Shown in pieces: positions 27,050 to 40,418 of a DNA stretch of 64,000 nucleotides (the stretch's first letter is position 1; each line of letters opens with the position of its first letter). This stretch comes from Vicugna vicugna (lineage: Eukaryota). The translations under genes were made by a program, and so were the position numbers. The stretch spans positions 310,001 to 374,000 of the forward strand of contig MU058687.1 of the NCBI GenBank assembly GCA_013265495.1. The letters are read 5' to 3'. Under the pieces are notes generated by a model, which was given only the letters and a program-made list of their open reading frames with translations, made no database searches and had not been told where the DNA came from.

Positions 27050-27830
27050 AACCACCCCATCCTCTGCCGCAGGGAAGCAGTGACGTCACGGCTAGAATTG
27101 ACTGATACCGTTTTTCGGGTTTCGCAGACCACGGAGCTCCAAAGGCCGGGAGTGAGTGGGAGGAGGGAGCCCGCAGTTCCTTCCCTCCTGGAGCCAAGCC
27201 CTGCGCCACCAGCCCAGCCCCCGCTGGCTAGTGGCCCCTGGGGCTGAATCCCCACGAGAAGCGATCGCCGCCCGGCTCGGAGGCGAGCGAGTGGGTGTGT
27301 GCGTGGGGGGGGCGGCCAAACTTCCTGTCCCGCGCTCGAGCTGCTTCCGGCGGGAGCCGGAAGACGCTGTGTGTGGACGGAATTCGGGACCGACAGACAG
27401 ACGGCCGGCTGCCCGGGACGGGAAGGTGAGCTCTGTGGGTGGACCAGACCACACCCGCTCGGCTCGGTGGTCCTCGAAGTGCAGGGAGCCAGTGCCGGCT
27501 CCTCGGGAGCTCGGACCGAATTCGCCCCCAGAGAGGACAGGGAAACCACCCACCCCCCCGGGGAGGGAGCACTCCACCCGTATCTGGCGCGTCCGGGAGC
27601 GGCCGGTCTGAAGCCCCAGGGTTTGGGCTCGTCACCCTTGCAGAGTTTTGCGGCCGATGTTTCGGATCCTTTGCTTGGTTTTGGGGGCAGGGGCATGGGA
27701 AGACCGAACTGAGAAAGCTGGAGTCAGCGAGTCCCAGGCGGGGGCTCCCGGACTGCACCCGCAGCGGGGCCTGCCTGCGGACCTTGGGGCCTTTTCCTCC
27801 AAGGCCCTTGTCATGGGGGAACGAGGATGC
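27050..27830 (+). promoter_or_regulatory. ZNF410: CpG-island promoter of ZNF410 with non-coding exon 1 ending at 27425
   Basis: CpG-dense. Full CRE TGACGTCA 27081-27088, GC box about 27309-27315, ETS sites ACTTCCTG 27320-27327, CTTCCGG 27344-27350 and CCGGAAG 27357-27363. Donor AAG|GTGAGC at 27425/27426. Confidence 0.88.
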
Positions 27831-28429
27831 CAAGAGGATTCTGCCTTGGACATTTCAGCCCTGATCTACCCTCTTCTTTCATACGTCCACTTTCTGCGTC
27901 TAGAAAAAGGAAGGTTGCCGACTCGGAGGGGCTGGGTTTCTCCTTCGGCTGTCATTTCAAGGCGAGGGTGTGGGCTGTGAGTGTTTACAGCCTGTATGCG
28001 TTTCGTGGGTTGAGTTTATCCTCTAAAGTTTCTTCAGAGAATAGAATACAATTAGTTTGTTAAAGTTTACCCCACTTGTTCATGAGGCTGTGAAATGCAT
28101 TGAGGAACCATTTGAAAGTTAAATATTATTAACTTGGAATTTAAGAATTTATACTTCTTCACTTTGGCACAAGGGTCAATGCAACATTTACAAAGAGAAT
28201 AAAAAAACATTTTGAAATAAAACTAGGGGTATTTTGTTGTCGTTAGGGAATGAGAAATTACACTTTGTGTTATCTTCACGCAGGACAAAGTCAAGTCAGC
28301 AAACTAGCAGTCAGAAGATTTAGGTTCTAATTTTTTTGCATGTAAGTAGATGTCTAATTTCTGGTAAGTTATTTAATCTCTAGCTTTGTTTGTTTTCCTC
28401 TGTAAATGAAGGGGCTTACCTATTTTGGG

Positions 28430-31400
28430 CAAATATTTCCTGAATACTTAGTTTATGCAAAAGCATCATGCTGAGTTAATGGGAGAAGGATGAATAAATT
28501 CAACGAACCTTAATCAGTAAGACTGTGCAGGTAGACAGCCAACACCCAAGGCAGGATGAAATAACTGTTAAAGAAAGGTTAAACTGTGTTGTGAGAACAC
28601 TAAGGGAAGGACAGATTTATTCTGACTGGAGGGAAGGGATCAGAGTCTTCATCGAGGATGGCATTTGAATTGGATTTTAAAGGCTGGAAAATATTTCAAA
28701 AGATGACAGCTGGATTGGGGGTGGCGGTATTACTGATTGAAGAGCTACTCCAAGCAAAGGCCTTGAGCACTGAAATAGATTGGAGCGTTCATTTAGTAGC
28801 AAATCCAGTGTGGAGTGAAGGGTTCATGGAAGAATATAGTGGATGCTGCAACAGGGACAGTGTTTGAGGACATACTGTTGAATATTTGAAATGCCATGCT
28901 GAGGGATTTGACTGTTGCTCTGAGGCACTGAACTTTGAGTAAGGGGAGTGACATAAGCATTTCTGTGTTTTGGAAATGTAACTCGAATGACTGCATATAA
29001 GATGGATTGGAAAGGAGAATTTTAAGGGCAGTGTGGCAATTAGAAGGCAACTTTAATGGTCTAGTTGAAAGATAATGAAAAACCTAAACAGGACATTATG
29101 GTAAGAATAAACTTGGGGGAATCTACTAGGATTATTTAAATATGGAGGACAAGAGAGATTGTTTAAGACCTAGAATTTGCAGCTGAGTGAAAGGAAAATT
29201 GGGCAATAATTGAAATGGATAATACAGGAAGGAGAACAGGTTTGGTAGGGAGATAACACTCTGGATTTTGGACATTGTTAAATTTGAGATGGATATCCAC
29301 ATGGAGATACCTAACATGCAGTTAGAAATGAAAGTTTGGAGTTCAGAAGAGAGGTCAGGAATAGAGACAGAAATTTGCAGTGCCATTCATTCATTCATCA
29401 TACAAATATTTATCGAGTGCCTACTGGCTGCTTACAGGGAATCTTGTATAAAAGCTCTTTAAGCTCATAGTAGAGACAATCTCAGAGCTTCACAGTAACA
29501 GAAGAGACTCTTGGAGAACCAAGTTCCTTATGAATTACATACAGTACTTTGCCAGGTGACGGGTTCTGCTGGGAGGGACAGTAGTGAACAAGATAGACTA
29601 CTTCTTGGCCTTGTTTATGGAGCTTGCAATTTAGGGGGTAGCCAGAAAAAAAGTTAATATTATATAAAAACAGAAGAATTAGAAATTGTGATAAGTGCTA
29701 TAATGGAGATAGTAGAGATAGAAAATAAAAATGAGAGTATGGGGAACCTTCCTTGGATAAGGTGACTGGTCAAAGCCTTTCTATATGAGTTAATAGTTAA
29801 ACAGAGCCCTGAAGGATAAAAAAGAGCTAACCAGTGGAAGAGAAAGCCTTCCTAGGTAGACGAAATATGCTTGCAAATCCCTGACATAAGAAAGAGCTCA
29901 GTATGTTCAAGTAACTAAGGGATATTCATCTGGCTGGAACTTAGCAAGTAAGGGAGAACAACTCTGGACTGTTTTTGGAGAGGCAAGAATGGATCACGTA
30001 TGTTCTTGTAGGCCAGGATAAGGAGTTTAGATTTTTCTAAATACATTGGAAAGCCACATGAAGAGTTTCAAGCAGGAGAGTGATACAATAGGATTCACAT
30101 TTCAGGATGATCTTTGCTGCTGTGAAGAGAATAGAATGGAGGGAGGTAAAGAGTAGAAGCAGGGAGACAAGTTAGGAGGCAGTAACAGTACTTTAAGGTA
30201 AGAGGTGATGGTGGCCTGGAGTAGGGTAGTGGCAGTAGAGATAGAAATAGGTGGATTTGCAATCTCTTCTGAAGATGAATCAATAAGACTTGCAGCTGGA
30301 CTGGATACTGGGAGCAAAGGAAAGAAAGGAGTAAGAATGACTCCTAAATGGGTGAATGGTGGTCCTCCCTTGAGTAATAGGGGTTGTGATGAGAGGGGCT
30401 GACAGGGAAAGATGGGAAAGAGGCTTGGGAGAGCATTCATTTTGAACATGTTAAATTTGAGATATCAAAAAATTAGGAAAATAAAATTAGGTAGAGATGT
30501 CAAATAAGCAATTATATATAACAAATCTACAGCTCAGAGGAGATATCTGGGCTATAGATAAAAATTTTGGAGACAGTATCATTTAAAGCCATGAGTTCAC
30601 ACTAGGAAGAGAATACAGCAAGAGGAGAGGACCTGCAAATTATCCTGAGGAACATTAATATTTAGAGGGTGAGTGGAAAGGAATATAGAAGATATCAAAG
30701 GAGACTAGGGGAATGGCCAATGAGGTAGGATTAAAATAAGGAACATTTATCTTGGAAGCAAAGAGAGTAAGTAAAATGTTTGAGAAAGGAGTCAGTGCTT
30801 CTAAGGGAAAATACCAGTTATGATTCTGGTTGCAAGTGACCAGTTTACTTGAGAAGAGGAATTTTATTACAGGGATGTGGGCAGCTTACAGAATCCAAGG
30901 AAATGCTGAAGGCGCTGGCTTCATAGAAGACAGGAATCGGAGCAGCCCCAGAGGGAGGCTGCTAACTGCAGTACTGGAGTGAATGGACTGCTACAGCAGT
31001 TTTCACCTTAGTACTTCTTTTAGAATTCACATTCTGAGGAAGAGTATCTGATTTGTTCATTATGAGTTGAGTTTCCAACAGTTGGTCAGGGTAGGAAAGA
31101 ACACCTTAATCTACAGTCCCACCAAGAATGTATCCGGAGGGGAGTGTTAGATCCCCAAATTGTGGATCCTGTCACCCAAGCAGGGGGAATGAATGTGGGA
31201 CAATCAAAAACAGTAGTTGTCCCTGCAAAAGTCAAGTAAGATGAGGACAGCAAAGTATTCATTGGATTTGGCAACATGAAGATCACTGGCTTCAAATTTG
31301 TCTCTGAAGAATTGCAGCGAAATGGAGAGGTAACTAATAAAAGGAGGCTGTGGGAATGGAGCACCCTAGACAATCCTGGGAAGAGAAGAGGGAAGGGCTA
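28430..31400 (-). mobile_element. Cluster of L2 fragments in ZNF410 intron 1
   Basis: Purine-rich L2 signatures (TTTTGGACATTGTTAAATTTGAGATG, CATTCATTCATTCA...TTTATCGAGTGCCTACT, ATTGGATTTGGCAACATGAAGATCACTGG); boundaries approximate. Confidence 0.7.
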
Positions 31401-34400
31401 GGATGAATGCTACAGTTTCTGAGATTCTGGCTTCACAGTTCTGTATTCCAAATTTCATTGATATCTGTTACCACTTTATCATTATAATTTAATCAACTCT
31501 CATGCTTTATCATATGCCAGGTATGATATGATATGAAAAGTTACTTGGTTTTTCTGTTCCTTGTACTACCATTTTATACCAAAACTTAAACCTGCTCTTT
31601 TAAAAATTTTAATTTTTTGGTCTTTGTAATTCACTAACATTAGTGGAATTTTTGTTTTTGTTTTTTAAGCATTATTGAGTATTGTTTGGGTCTGTATCTG
31701 TGATCAGCCACAGGCAGAGGTGGAGAGAGCTAAGAAGCAGATTGGCCCACAGTCAGAGAAACTAGTCCTCTCAGTTGAGATTATGTGCTTTATTTTAATC
31801 TTTGTGAATAGTGACCAGTTGAAGGAGCACAATGTTTTGCAATTTATTACCTCTTTTTTCTCAACCTCCCTCCCCACTTTGCCTTCTTTCCAAAACTGTG
31901 TCAAGGTCAAGGCATTTTCTACCTCCCTCAAGTAAAAGCAATCCTGGTATTCTGGGCTTTGTATTCTAGGGTGGAATCACATTGCTTTTCAGAGGTTGAC
32001 ACAGTGATTGATGTTCTGTTTCTTTCATGAGATGGCCCATGGTATCTTTCTGTTTGGAATGTACTCCCTTTGGTGTAGTTAGGACTAGGGCAAGAGACCT
32101 GTATCAGCTCTGTTCCCCTATTGTTTGTTTACTTTGGATTGGTTTTTCCTCCCAGTATTTCTCTATGTAGCCTGCATTGATTTTAGGCCTTATCTACTCT
32201 AGGGAAATGTTGTTACTGCTAATTCCTGTGTAGTATGTGAGAGTTCTGTATGGTGGTGTGGGACCAAAGGCTGGTTAATTACTAGAGATTACTTTGCCTT
32301 TGCTGGTAGGTGCCTAGTGTGTAGTATTTTACTCTGCAGATCTCAAGGAAGGGCTTCAGGACAAGATTCAGGTAATCTCAGCTTCACCAAGATTTCTATC
32401 AATGATAACTGTTGATTGTAATATATATTTATAGCAGGTTTATATCTTATATTTTATGGCTGATTCTGTGTTAAACATGCGTTATTTTAGACATTTAAAG
32501 ATACTTCATAGTGGTTTTCAGTCTATGGGCCATAACCTGTTAATAGCCTGTGAGATCAGTTTAGTGGATCTTATTTAAAAAAGAATTCAGAGTGCATAAG
32601 ATTAGCATAAGTTACTGTTTTATTTTATGAAAATATGTTGTTTGTGTGCATCTCTGTGCATTACATTCTCTGGGTTATGATGGAAAATGTATGTTATGTT
32701 ACTGTGGGTTGCCATCAAAAAAGTTTGAAAACCACTGCTCTGTAGGAAATTTGGACTTAGTAACAAAAAGAAGAGATCTTAACTTCTCATAGTGTACTAA
32801 GCGTTTGATAGATTTACTAGTTTCTTAGGCACTTAGGCAGAACTTTGTTTCTGAAGAATTTTGTAATTATTTCTATTGACTGATATATAAATAATCTTAG
32901 GGTAGATTTATTTCATTTCTGTATTTCAAATGAGTTTCCCAGGGCCAACAAGATGAGTAGCTTGCCCAGGTCTCAACCAACAAATCAGAGGCAGAATTTA
33001 GATTCCTGCTTTAGAGACCTTGGGATTGTTGTTGTTGTTTCAAATATAGCTCAGCTTCTTTATTTGACTTGTTCAGCCCACTTAGTGTTAATGCATAATT
33101 TGCTGGATGATGTTGAGTGTACTGTAGAAAAAGAATACAGTTTATCAAACTTCAGTTCACAGGGTTTGTTTATTTGGCTAAGAACTAAAGGAGTGTTGTT
33201 CTCAGGATGGTCCTGATCACAGAGATCACTGTTGTCCTAAATCTGCTTTGCTATTGTTACGAGTTCTCTCATTACTTATTCCCAGAACTTTTCAGGGCTT
33301 CTTGTGTTCTTTGCTTTGATTCATGCAAAGGTTTGTGTTGCCTGCATTCTTTTTAACCTGTAGACTGACTGTGGGATCATATATTCAATAATAACAGTGT
33401 CAGCATCAGTGGATTTCTAAAAAATACAATATTTGCTGGACCAAGATTGTTTTCTTTAAGCAGTCTAATATGCTTTGATAGCCACAGGGAACCATGCACA
33501 CAGTAAAATTCAGTTTTTGCTGAGGGAAGAGGAAGAAAAGGGTCTGAACAGTGAGGGAAAAGGTTACTAGACCAGTTCTTAGGTTTCTGATATGAGTTTG
33601 TTTTGTTATGAACTCTATCTAGAGCCAAGATTCCATTTTTATGATTTGTGTAAAATACGATCTGATTGGCTTGACCTTTGTTGCTGATAGTTGAATGTCA
33701 TTTTCTCTTTTATTCTTTATGGAGCTAAATTAGTACTTTTTCTATTTAAAAGGAAATAAGGATATAAATTTTGCCTGTTCACCAGCTAAAGATACAAAAT
33801 AAAAATGAACAAGTATTACTGTCTGCATTAAAGGACTTTGGGTGATACAGGCGACTTTTCTGTATTGCGTCTCTAATCTCTTATCTCAATTAATAGCATA
33901 AGAAAACCTGGGAAGAAATTTCCTCTGAGATCTATAATTATCTTGAAAATAGCTTTTCTTTGAGTAAGAGCAGTATCTTTCACTGTAGTGTCATGTAAAT
34001 TGCATTTGAAGGAAAAACATTGCATTGGACACCCCTACTCCAACACTGGCAAATTATTTTTATTGTAATTACTCTAAATATACTCAAATATAAAGCTAGG
34101 CAATCCAACAATGAACCCCTCCTACAATGAACCCCTACAACTCTTAATCAACTATAAAATCACACTTCCAGCGATGTATGTATAGCAAGTTGCTGTGTTA
34201 AAGATCCACCTAGTACACTTGATATGGTACTGAGTGCTCCAATATAGATTCTTTTGAGGTTATCCTACCTTTTCTGCATCCCAGCAGTCTCTTTTTTGTT
34301 CATGCAGCACACATACACAAACCACAAACTGGGCACCAAAATTGTATGGCAGAACTAAGTTATTATATGGATACCCATTTGTTTCATAAGATGCATGTGT

Positions 34401-36233
34401 TAATTTTTTAAAAGTTATCATTGAAATGAAAACACTAAAATAAAAAGATATCATAGATAACCATGAACTTTTGAGAAATAGTGATCTAGAGTTGGCTCTT
34501 AAACTATAAAAGAGATGGCAGTTCCCGTCTCTAAATTTTTATTAAAGCTTTGCAAAAATGTCTAAAATCTAGTGTATCTATTTTCCCCCTTGTTCCATGC
34601 ACAAATTCATGTACTTAATGTTGTTCATTTTTCATTAGGTAAGGCTAACAGAAATGGAGTCAGCGCCATTAGTTTCTAAGAAACCTAACAAATACAAAGG
34701 ACAGAAAATAGTTGTCTGGTTTCTTAAAGATTTTGCAGTCCTGGAATCTCAAAGTTGGAGGAAACTTAAGGATAACCTAAACAAACATTTGGTGATTTCT
34801 TGGCTTCTTGAAATGAGCTTGAATTGGGGAAAAGGAATTTAAAACCCTGATAATTCAAGATCAAAGCCAGAGAGAGATAATCACTATTCAGGCTAACCTT
34901 TGTTGGATGGGAATGCTGGCTCTGCAGCTTAATAACTTGGGCAAGTTATTGTACTGAGCTTTGGTTCCTTCTTCTGTGAAAGAGGGATGGATAAACCACA
35001 TTGAGCTATTACAGTGCTTGAATAAGAAAAATGAATGTGAAAGGAAAAAATCAGAGATTTATAATACTTTATTTTATGTGATAAACTTAAAATTAGATGA
35101 GCATTTCATTTATATCTTGTAATTTTTTTTTATGATGCAAATGAGGGTTTCTGGAAGCTAGCAAGGGGAGAGGGTTGAACCAACAGGACAATAAACATTT
35201 ATTCACATACTTCTAAATGCCCTTTTTAAAAAGTCTGTCTAATTCTAATTTTCCATTCTACCGTGGTATTAATTTAAAAATCCCATCTTGAGTACACTTT
35301 ACACTGTATGCTTTTTATATAATAGTGCTCCCAATTTTAGCAATAATTGTACAAAATAAAGTAGACTCACTTGCCAAAATCCTGAAAGAACAGTTAAGCT
35401 TTAAGAAAGTAAGAATTTAAATTAAGGGGGGAAAATAGCTTCTTCAGGGTCCCAGGAGTACTACTTTTGGGAAACACTGTTCAAATTTTGACTGTATAAC
35501 TGCCTTTGTAAAAAATTGGGAAATCAAGAAAAGAAAAATGTTACACCAGCCTACCACCCAGTATAGCTACTACTATCAGTAGCTATTGTGAACTTCCTTT
35601 TACCTTTCCTATGCATATCTTAACTAGTTTAATAACAGCAAGGATATAATTTTTTATTTTGTTTCTCTAGTTGAACATCATTAGTATTTTTTGTTGTTGC
35701 ATTGTTTTCATAACTTTTTAAGTGACAATGCTGTGATCTAATCAATAATTCTCTAATTGTTGAATACGTATGTGTACTTATATGTTGCTTACAGTTGTTT
35801 TTTTATCACAGGTGATAAGATGAAATTCTTTGGGCATACAGCTTTTTCCATATTTAAGGCCTTTTCTTAGAATAGATTGTTAGAAGTAGAAATTGTACAT
35901 CAAAGTACAACTTTTTGTGGGTGTTGGAACGTATTGGGCTTTTTCTATTTTAAAACAGGTGTTTGGGGCTGAATTTTTCATTTGCTTTCTTGGTGTGATT
36001 TTTGGATATGTAAAGAAGTACCTTTGTTTATTTAGCTACATTTTCCTATTGCTTTAATTCTCTCTTTTTTCCTTTTTTAGGCTAAATTGATTATCCACTC
36101 AGCCCAGCATCTTTCGGGAAAAGCATAGCACTTCCTAGAGGAATATGAAAGAATATGAAAGAGGGTGTCACTGACTCTGAATTAAATTTTTAACCTGTCC
36201 CCTGAACAGCTACAGGATTTGGAAGCTGAATCA

Positions 36234-36266
36234 ATGTTATCAGATGAGTTAGAATCCAAACCAGAG
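36234..36266 (+). CDS. ZNF410: ZNF410 coding exon 1 (MLSDELESKPE); exon starts at 36081 with 5'UTR
   Basis: Acceptor ttttag|G at 36080/36081, ATG 36234, donor GAG|gtgagc; matches recalled ZNF410 N-terminus. Confidence 0.95.
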
Positions 36267-37242
36267 GTGAGCCCAGGCATCTTGTTTTCTTTTCTTTTGG
36301 TGGCCTATTTACTCCAGAGTTTGTTCTTAGTTCAGAAATCAGCAAACTTTTTCTGTAATGGGTCAGATAGTAAATATTTTAGGTTTTGTGGGTCATATGG
36401 TTTTGGTTGTAACTACAAGATTATTGTTTTCTTTATTACTAAGTACTTTCTCAGAGATTTTAAGGTTCAGTTTTTACCTTTTATGGCTTTTTATATTTTT
36501 TATCTAAATAAATCTAGCTTATTATACATTTAAATAATTATATAATGATAAAGTTTTATTTTATATATGGCATATGTGTGTTTACATATATAAATATTAA
36601 CTACCATAAACTGCTTTTTTAATTTTGTATATATATGAAAGTTTTCTTTCTAAATGTGGTTAGAGTATTTACACATTTTAACTTTTTATTCATTTTTCTC
36701 ACTTTAATTTTAGAACATCTGTGTTACTTAGTGGAAAGATCACTGGATTTGGAATCATGTTACTTAAGTTTGAAGACCAACACTGCTTGTAACTAGTGAT
36801 GTGACCTTAGACTAATCATTTAGTGTCTTCAAATTGATTCCTTATCTTTAAAACACATGTTCAGTCTTACTGAGTTACAGTGAGGATTACAAAAGCCAAT
36901 ACATGGAATAGTGCTTTGTAAAATGTAACCAGTACAATGTAGTTGAATTTGTAATAGCCACCATTTAAAAATGTGATTTTTTTTAATTGTTTCTCTGTTT
37001 TATGAAAGGTGATAGAAGTTAATTATATAACTAATCTTAAAATCTAGAACAGAGCACTTGATAAAAATAATATAAAATACTATTTTGTACTTAATCTAGT
37101 TTTTCTGTGAATAAGACTGAGACTAGTGAGCAGTCAAGACTTAATTACATCACCATCTTTGGTAAATTCAGAAGTATAGATTCATTCCTAACTACTGTAT
37201 TATTTATTGTCTCCACACACACCCCTGCCCCTTCCTCTCTAG

Positions 37243-37378
37243 CTCCTGGTACAGTTTGTTCAGAATACATCCATCCCATTGGGACAGGGGCTAGTAGAAT
37301 CAGAAGCTAAAGACATTACTTGCTTGTCCCTTCTTCCTGTGACTGAGGCTTCAGAATGCAGTCGGCTAATGTTACCAG
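37243..37378 (+). CDS. ZNF410: ZNF410 coding exon 2 (LLVQFVQNTSIPLG...SRLMLP)
   Basis: ctctag|CTC...G|gtaaaa; 136 nt. Confidence 0.95.
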
Positions 37379-40199
37379 GTAAAAATTAAGATCACCAGAG
37401 ATAAGATAAACAAGTCTTAAGAGTTTAGCCTACTCTATAGTACTAGTGGAATGGGATAACTGACTTTTTATAACTGACTGGTGGAAATCAAAGATTAGGA
37501 ATAATGGAGAAAGAGCAACCATGGGACTCAGAAATGCTTGGGAATGGATATAAACACACGTAGAGAGTGAGAAGAAAAGGAGGCCAAGACAGAACTCCAT
37601 GGAACTCCCCATTCGGGGTACAGGGTAAGGCAGGAGAGCCTGTGAAGGAGGGAAGGTGGAAAGAATAGAGGAACAGGAGGAATACTGTCATAGAGTGCAG
37701 GCAAGGGACCCAAGGGAATAGTCTGTGTGATAGATGCTTCTACAAGGCACAATGAGATACTGACTGTCCTAGTGAGATGGGTCACCAAGGTCATTGTTGA
37801 CCTGTGCAGGACCTGTTCTTGGAGAGGGAGTGGGAAGCCAGGCTACAGTAGGTTGAGATATCAGTGCAAGGTGAGTATAGTTGAGGAAGTAACTAATTAT
37901 ACTTTCTAAAGGCTCTGTTACTATGAAGAAGGAAAAAGAGAAGGACATAAAGTAGATGAAAGAGTTCTTTTATAAGATCTGAAAAATTAGAGAGTAGTTT
38001 TATGCTGAGAGAAGCTGCAAACAAAAAGAGTAGATAATTGCAGAGGAGGGTCCAGGAGAGCTAGGAGGAAGTAGAGTGCCAAGCATGGGTAGTGAGATGA
38101 GCTTTGGATGGTAAGAAGGAGATCCTATCACTTGACTATTCGCAAGGAGAACATTATTTTTAGATGCAGTGAATTCCTTATTTTCTGGAAATTGAAATAT
38201 TTAAAATTTAGATTATCAATGTTAAATCAGGGGAGGGTCACCTATTGGTGACAGCTTGTTTGTTATAAAGTTTTCTGGTTACTGTCTTCTAGTGGTGGTC
38301 TTTTTTCGTTGGTTTTTGAAGTGACTTAAGGGTAGATACACTCAACCAATCAATATAGATTTAAGTTTTCTTTACCTATCTCCTGACTTTCTGACATCTT
38401 CCATCTTTTAACTCCCATTTTTCTGTTGGTATATTGGGAGTTTTTCCAAATGCTCATGGATTTTCCATATGTGAAAATTCCCATGTGCTGATAAATTTTG
38501 ATCTTCACTAGGCGTTTTTTCCCCTGAATTTTCTTTTCCTACTTTAATTTATTGAATAAATAGTTTAATAATAGTAAAGGAAGTGAAAACAGAAACAAAA
38601 AATAATAGTAAAGGAAGTGAAAACAGAAACATTATCTTCTTTTAGTTTTAATTTTGATATTAAAATATTTTAAACAACCAGTTATAGGCAATAGTAAATT
38701 AAACCCCATATACTCCCCTCCCAACTCATGAAACATGTATTACAAACAGAAACGTATCTTCATATAGCTGACTTCATTCCCCTCCCTCCTAGATATGTGT
38801 GTATCATTTCCTGCATGGCCTACAAGTTTTCTTTTTAGTTGGGATATATGATAGATAGAGAAAAGTACAAAACCATGTGAGTATACATTTGGAAGAATTA
38901 TTATAAAGGAGATATCCACTAACCAATCAAGATAGAACATTGCTGGTTCCTAGGCCCTCCATGGGTTTCTGATAAGGACAACTTCTGTTCTTCCATAAGT
39001 TACCATTGTCTTCAATTTTTTGACAATTATTTCTTTATTTTCCAAGTTTAGCCACCCAAGTCTAAGTAGTACAGTTTAATTTTAACTGGACTTTAGATGA
39101 ATGGAATCATTTGAATGTATGTGGTACCTTTCTTCTTTTACTTTTTATTAGATTCATTCTTGTTGTGTGTAGCTGTGGTTTGGTTTCATTGCTGTATGTA
39201 TAGCATTCTGTTATGTGAGTGTACCACAACTTCTTTATCCATGCCACTGATGATGAATGTGTGTTTTCCAGTGTGGTATTTTACAAACAGTGCTGCCTGA
39301 ACTTTGAGAACATTTTGTGTGTGTGTGTGTGTGTGGTAAAATGTATATAACCGGTTAAATATATCACTTAATGAGTTCTATGGCATTAAGTACATCTACA
39401 TTGTTGTACAACTTCATTAGACTTTGGAATGGCAGTACCATCCCTAGGCTTCTACTTTATTCCTATAATCTTAACTTGTTTTCTCCTTAAAAGAAGAAAA
39501 AAAATGTAACCTGCCTTTTATGAAGATGAATAAGACCCCTGAAAACATTGGATGCTTCAGCACTGTAGTGCAATTCATCATTATATTGCAACTGAAACCT
39601 TTGGTAATTCATCCCCTCCCTTAGAATAAAGTTCTAGAGAGCAAGGCTTCTGAATTATTTCTTTATATCCAATGTAAACCCAGAACTGAAATAGTGAATA
39701 ATGAAACATAATGATGATTCTATAAAATTCCAGTTATTTCCCAGGCTATGATTTTTTTTTCTAATGACTCACCAGAAATGTCACATATATGTTATAAAAA
39801 TTAAAGGAAGGCATTTTTTTCCCCAAGAAAAATAATTTAAAATTTAGAACCTATTCTTGAGTTAATATTCATTGTATAACTATATTTTTCAAGGGAAAGA
39901 TACTGATTTTTGCCTTAGAAGGACAAAGGTCTATAATGCCCAAATGTGGATGGTTCGTCCTTGGTTACTGCCAAGCGTCAGAGGAGTCTGCCCTTCACAT
40001 TTTGGTTGACTCTCTTTGAAGCTTTAGCTCGCTTCAACTCTTTTCTGAGGCAGATTTTGTGTTTGTAAAAACTGCTGTCTGCTTCTATGAGGGTATTAGA
40101 TACTAAGGGATGTTACAAGGATATTAGGTGCTATGTATCAAAAGGTGAACTCCTTGGAGATAGGTGCTACATAAAGCTGTGGTATTTTCCCTTTATTAG

Positions 40200-40418
40200 A
40201 TGATTCTCCGAATCATACTAACTCCTCCAAGGAGGTCCCTTCCTCGGCTGTGTTGAGAAGCCTTCAGGTGAATGTGGGCCCAGACGGAGAGGAGACAAGG
40301 GCACAGACTGTACAGAAGTCCCCGGAGTTTTTGTCCACTCCAGAGTCTCCTAGCTTGTTGCAAGATCTACAGCCAAGTGATAGCACTTCTTTTATTCTTC
40401 TTAACCTAACAAGAGCAG
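40200..40418 (+). CDS. ZNF410: ZNF410 coding exon 3 (DDSPNHTNSSKE...LLNLTRA)
   Basis: attag|AT...G|gtatcc; 219 nt. Confidence 0.95.

Noticed and set aside
26955..27980. Several long overlapping ORFs (up to 233 aa) on both strands
   Set aside because: Stop-poor GC-rich CpG island of ZNF410; Pro/Gly/Arg-rich low-information translations with no recognisable domain
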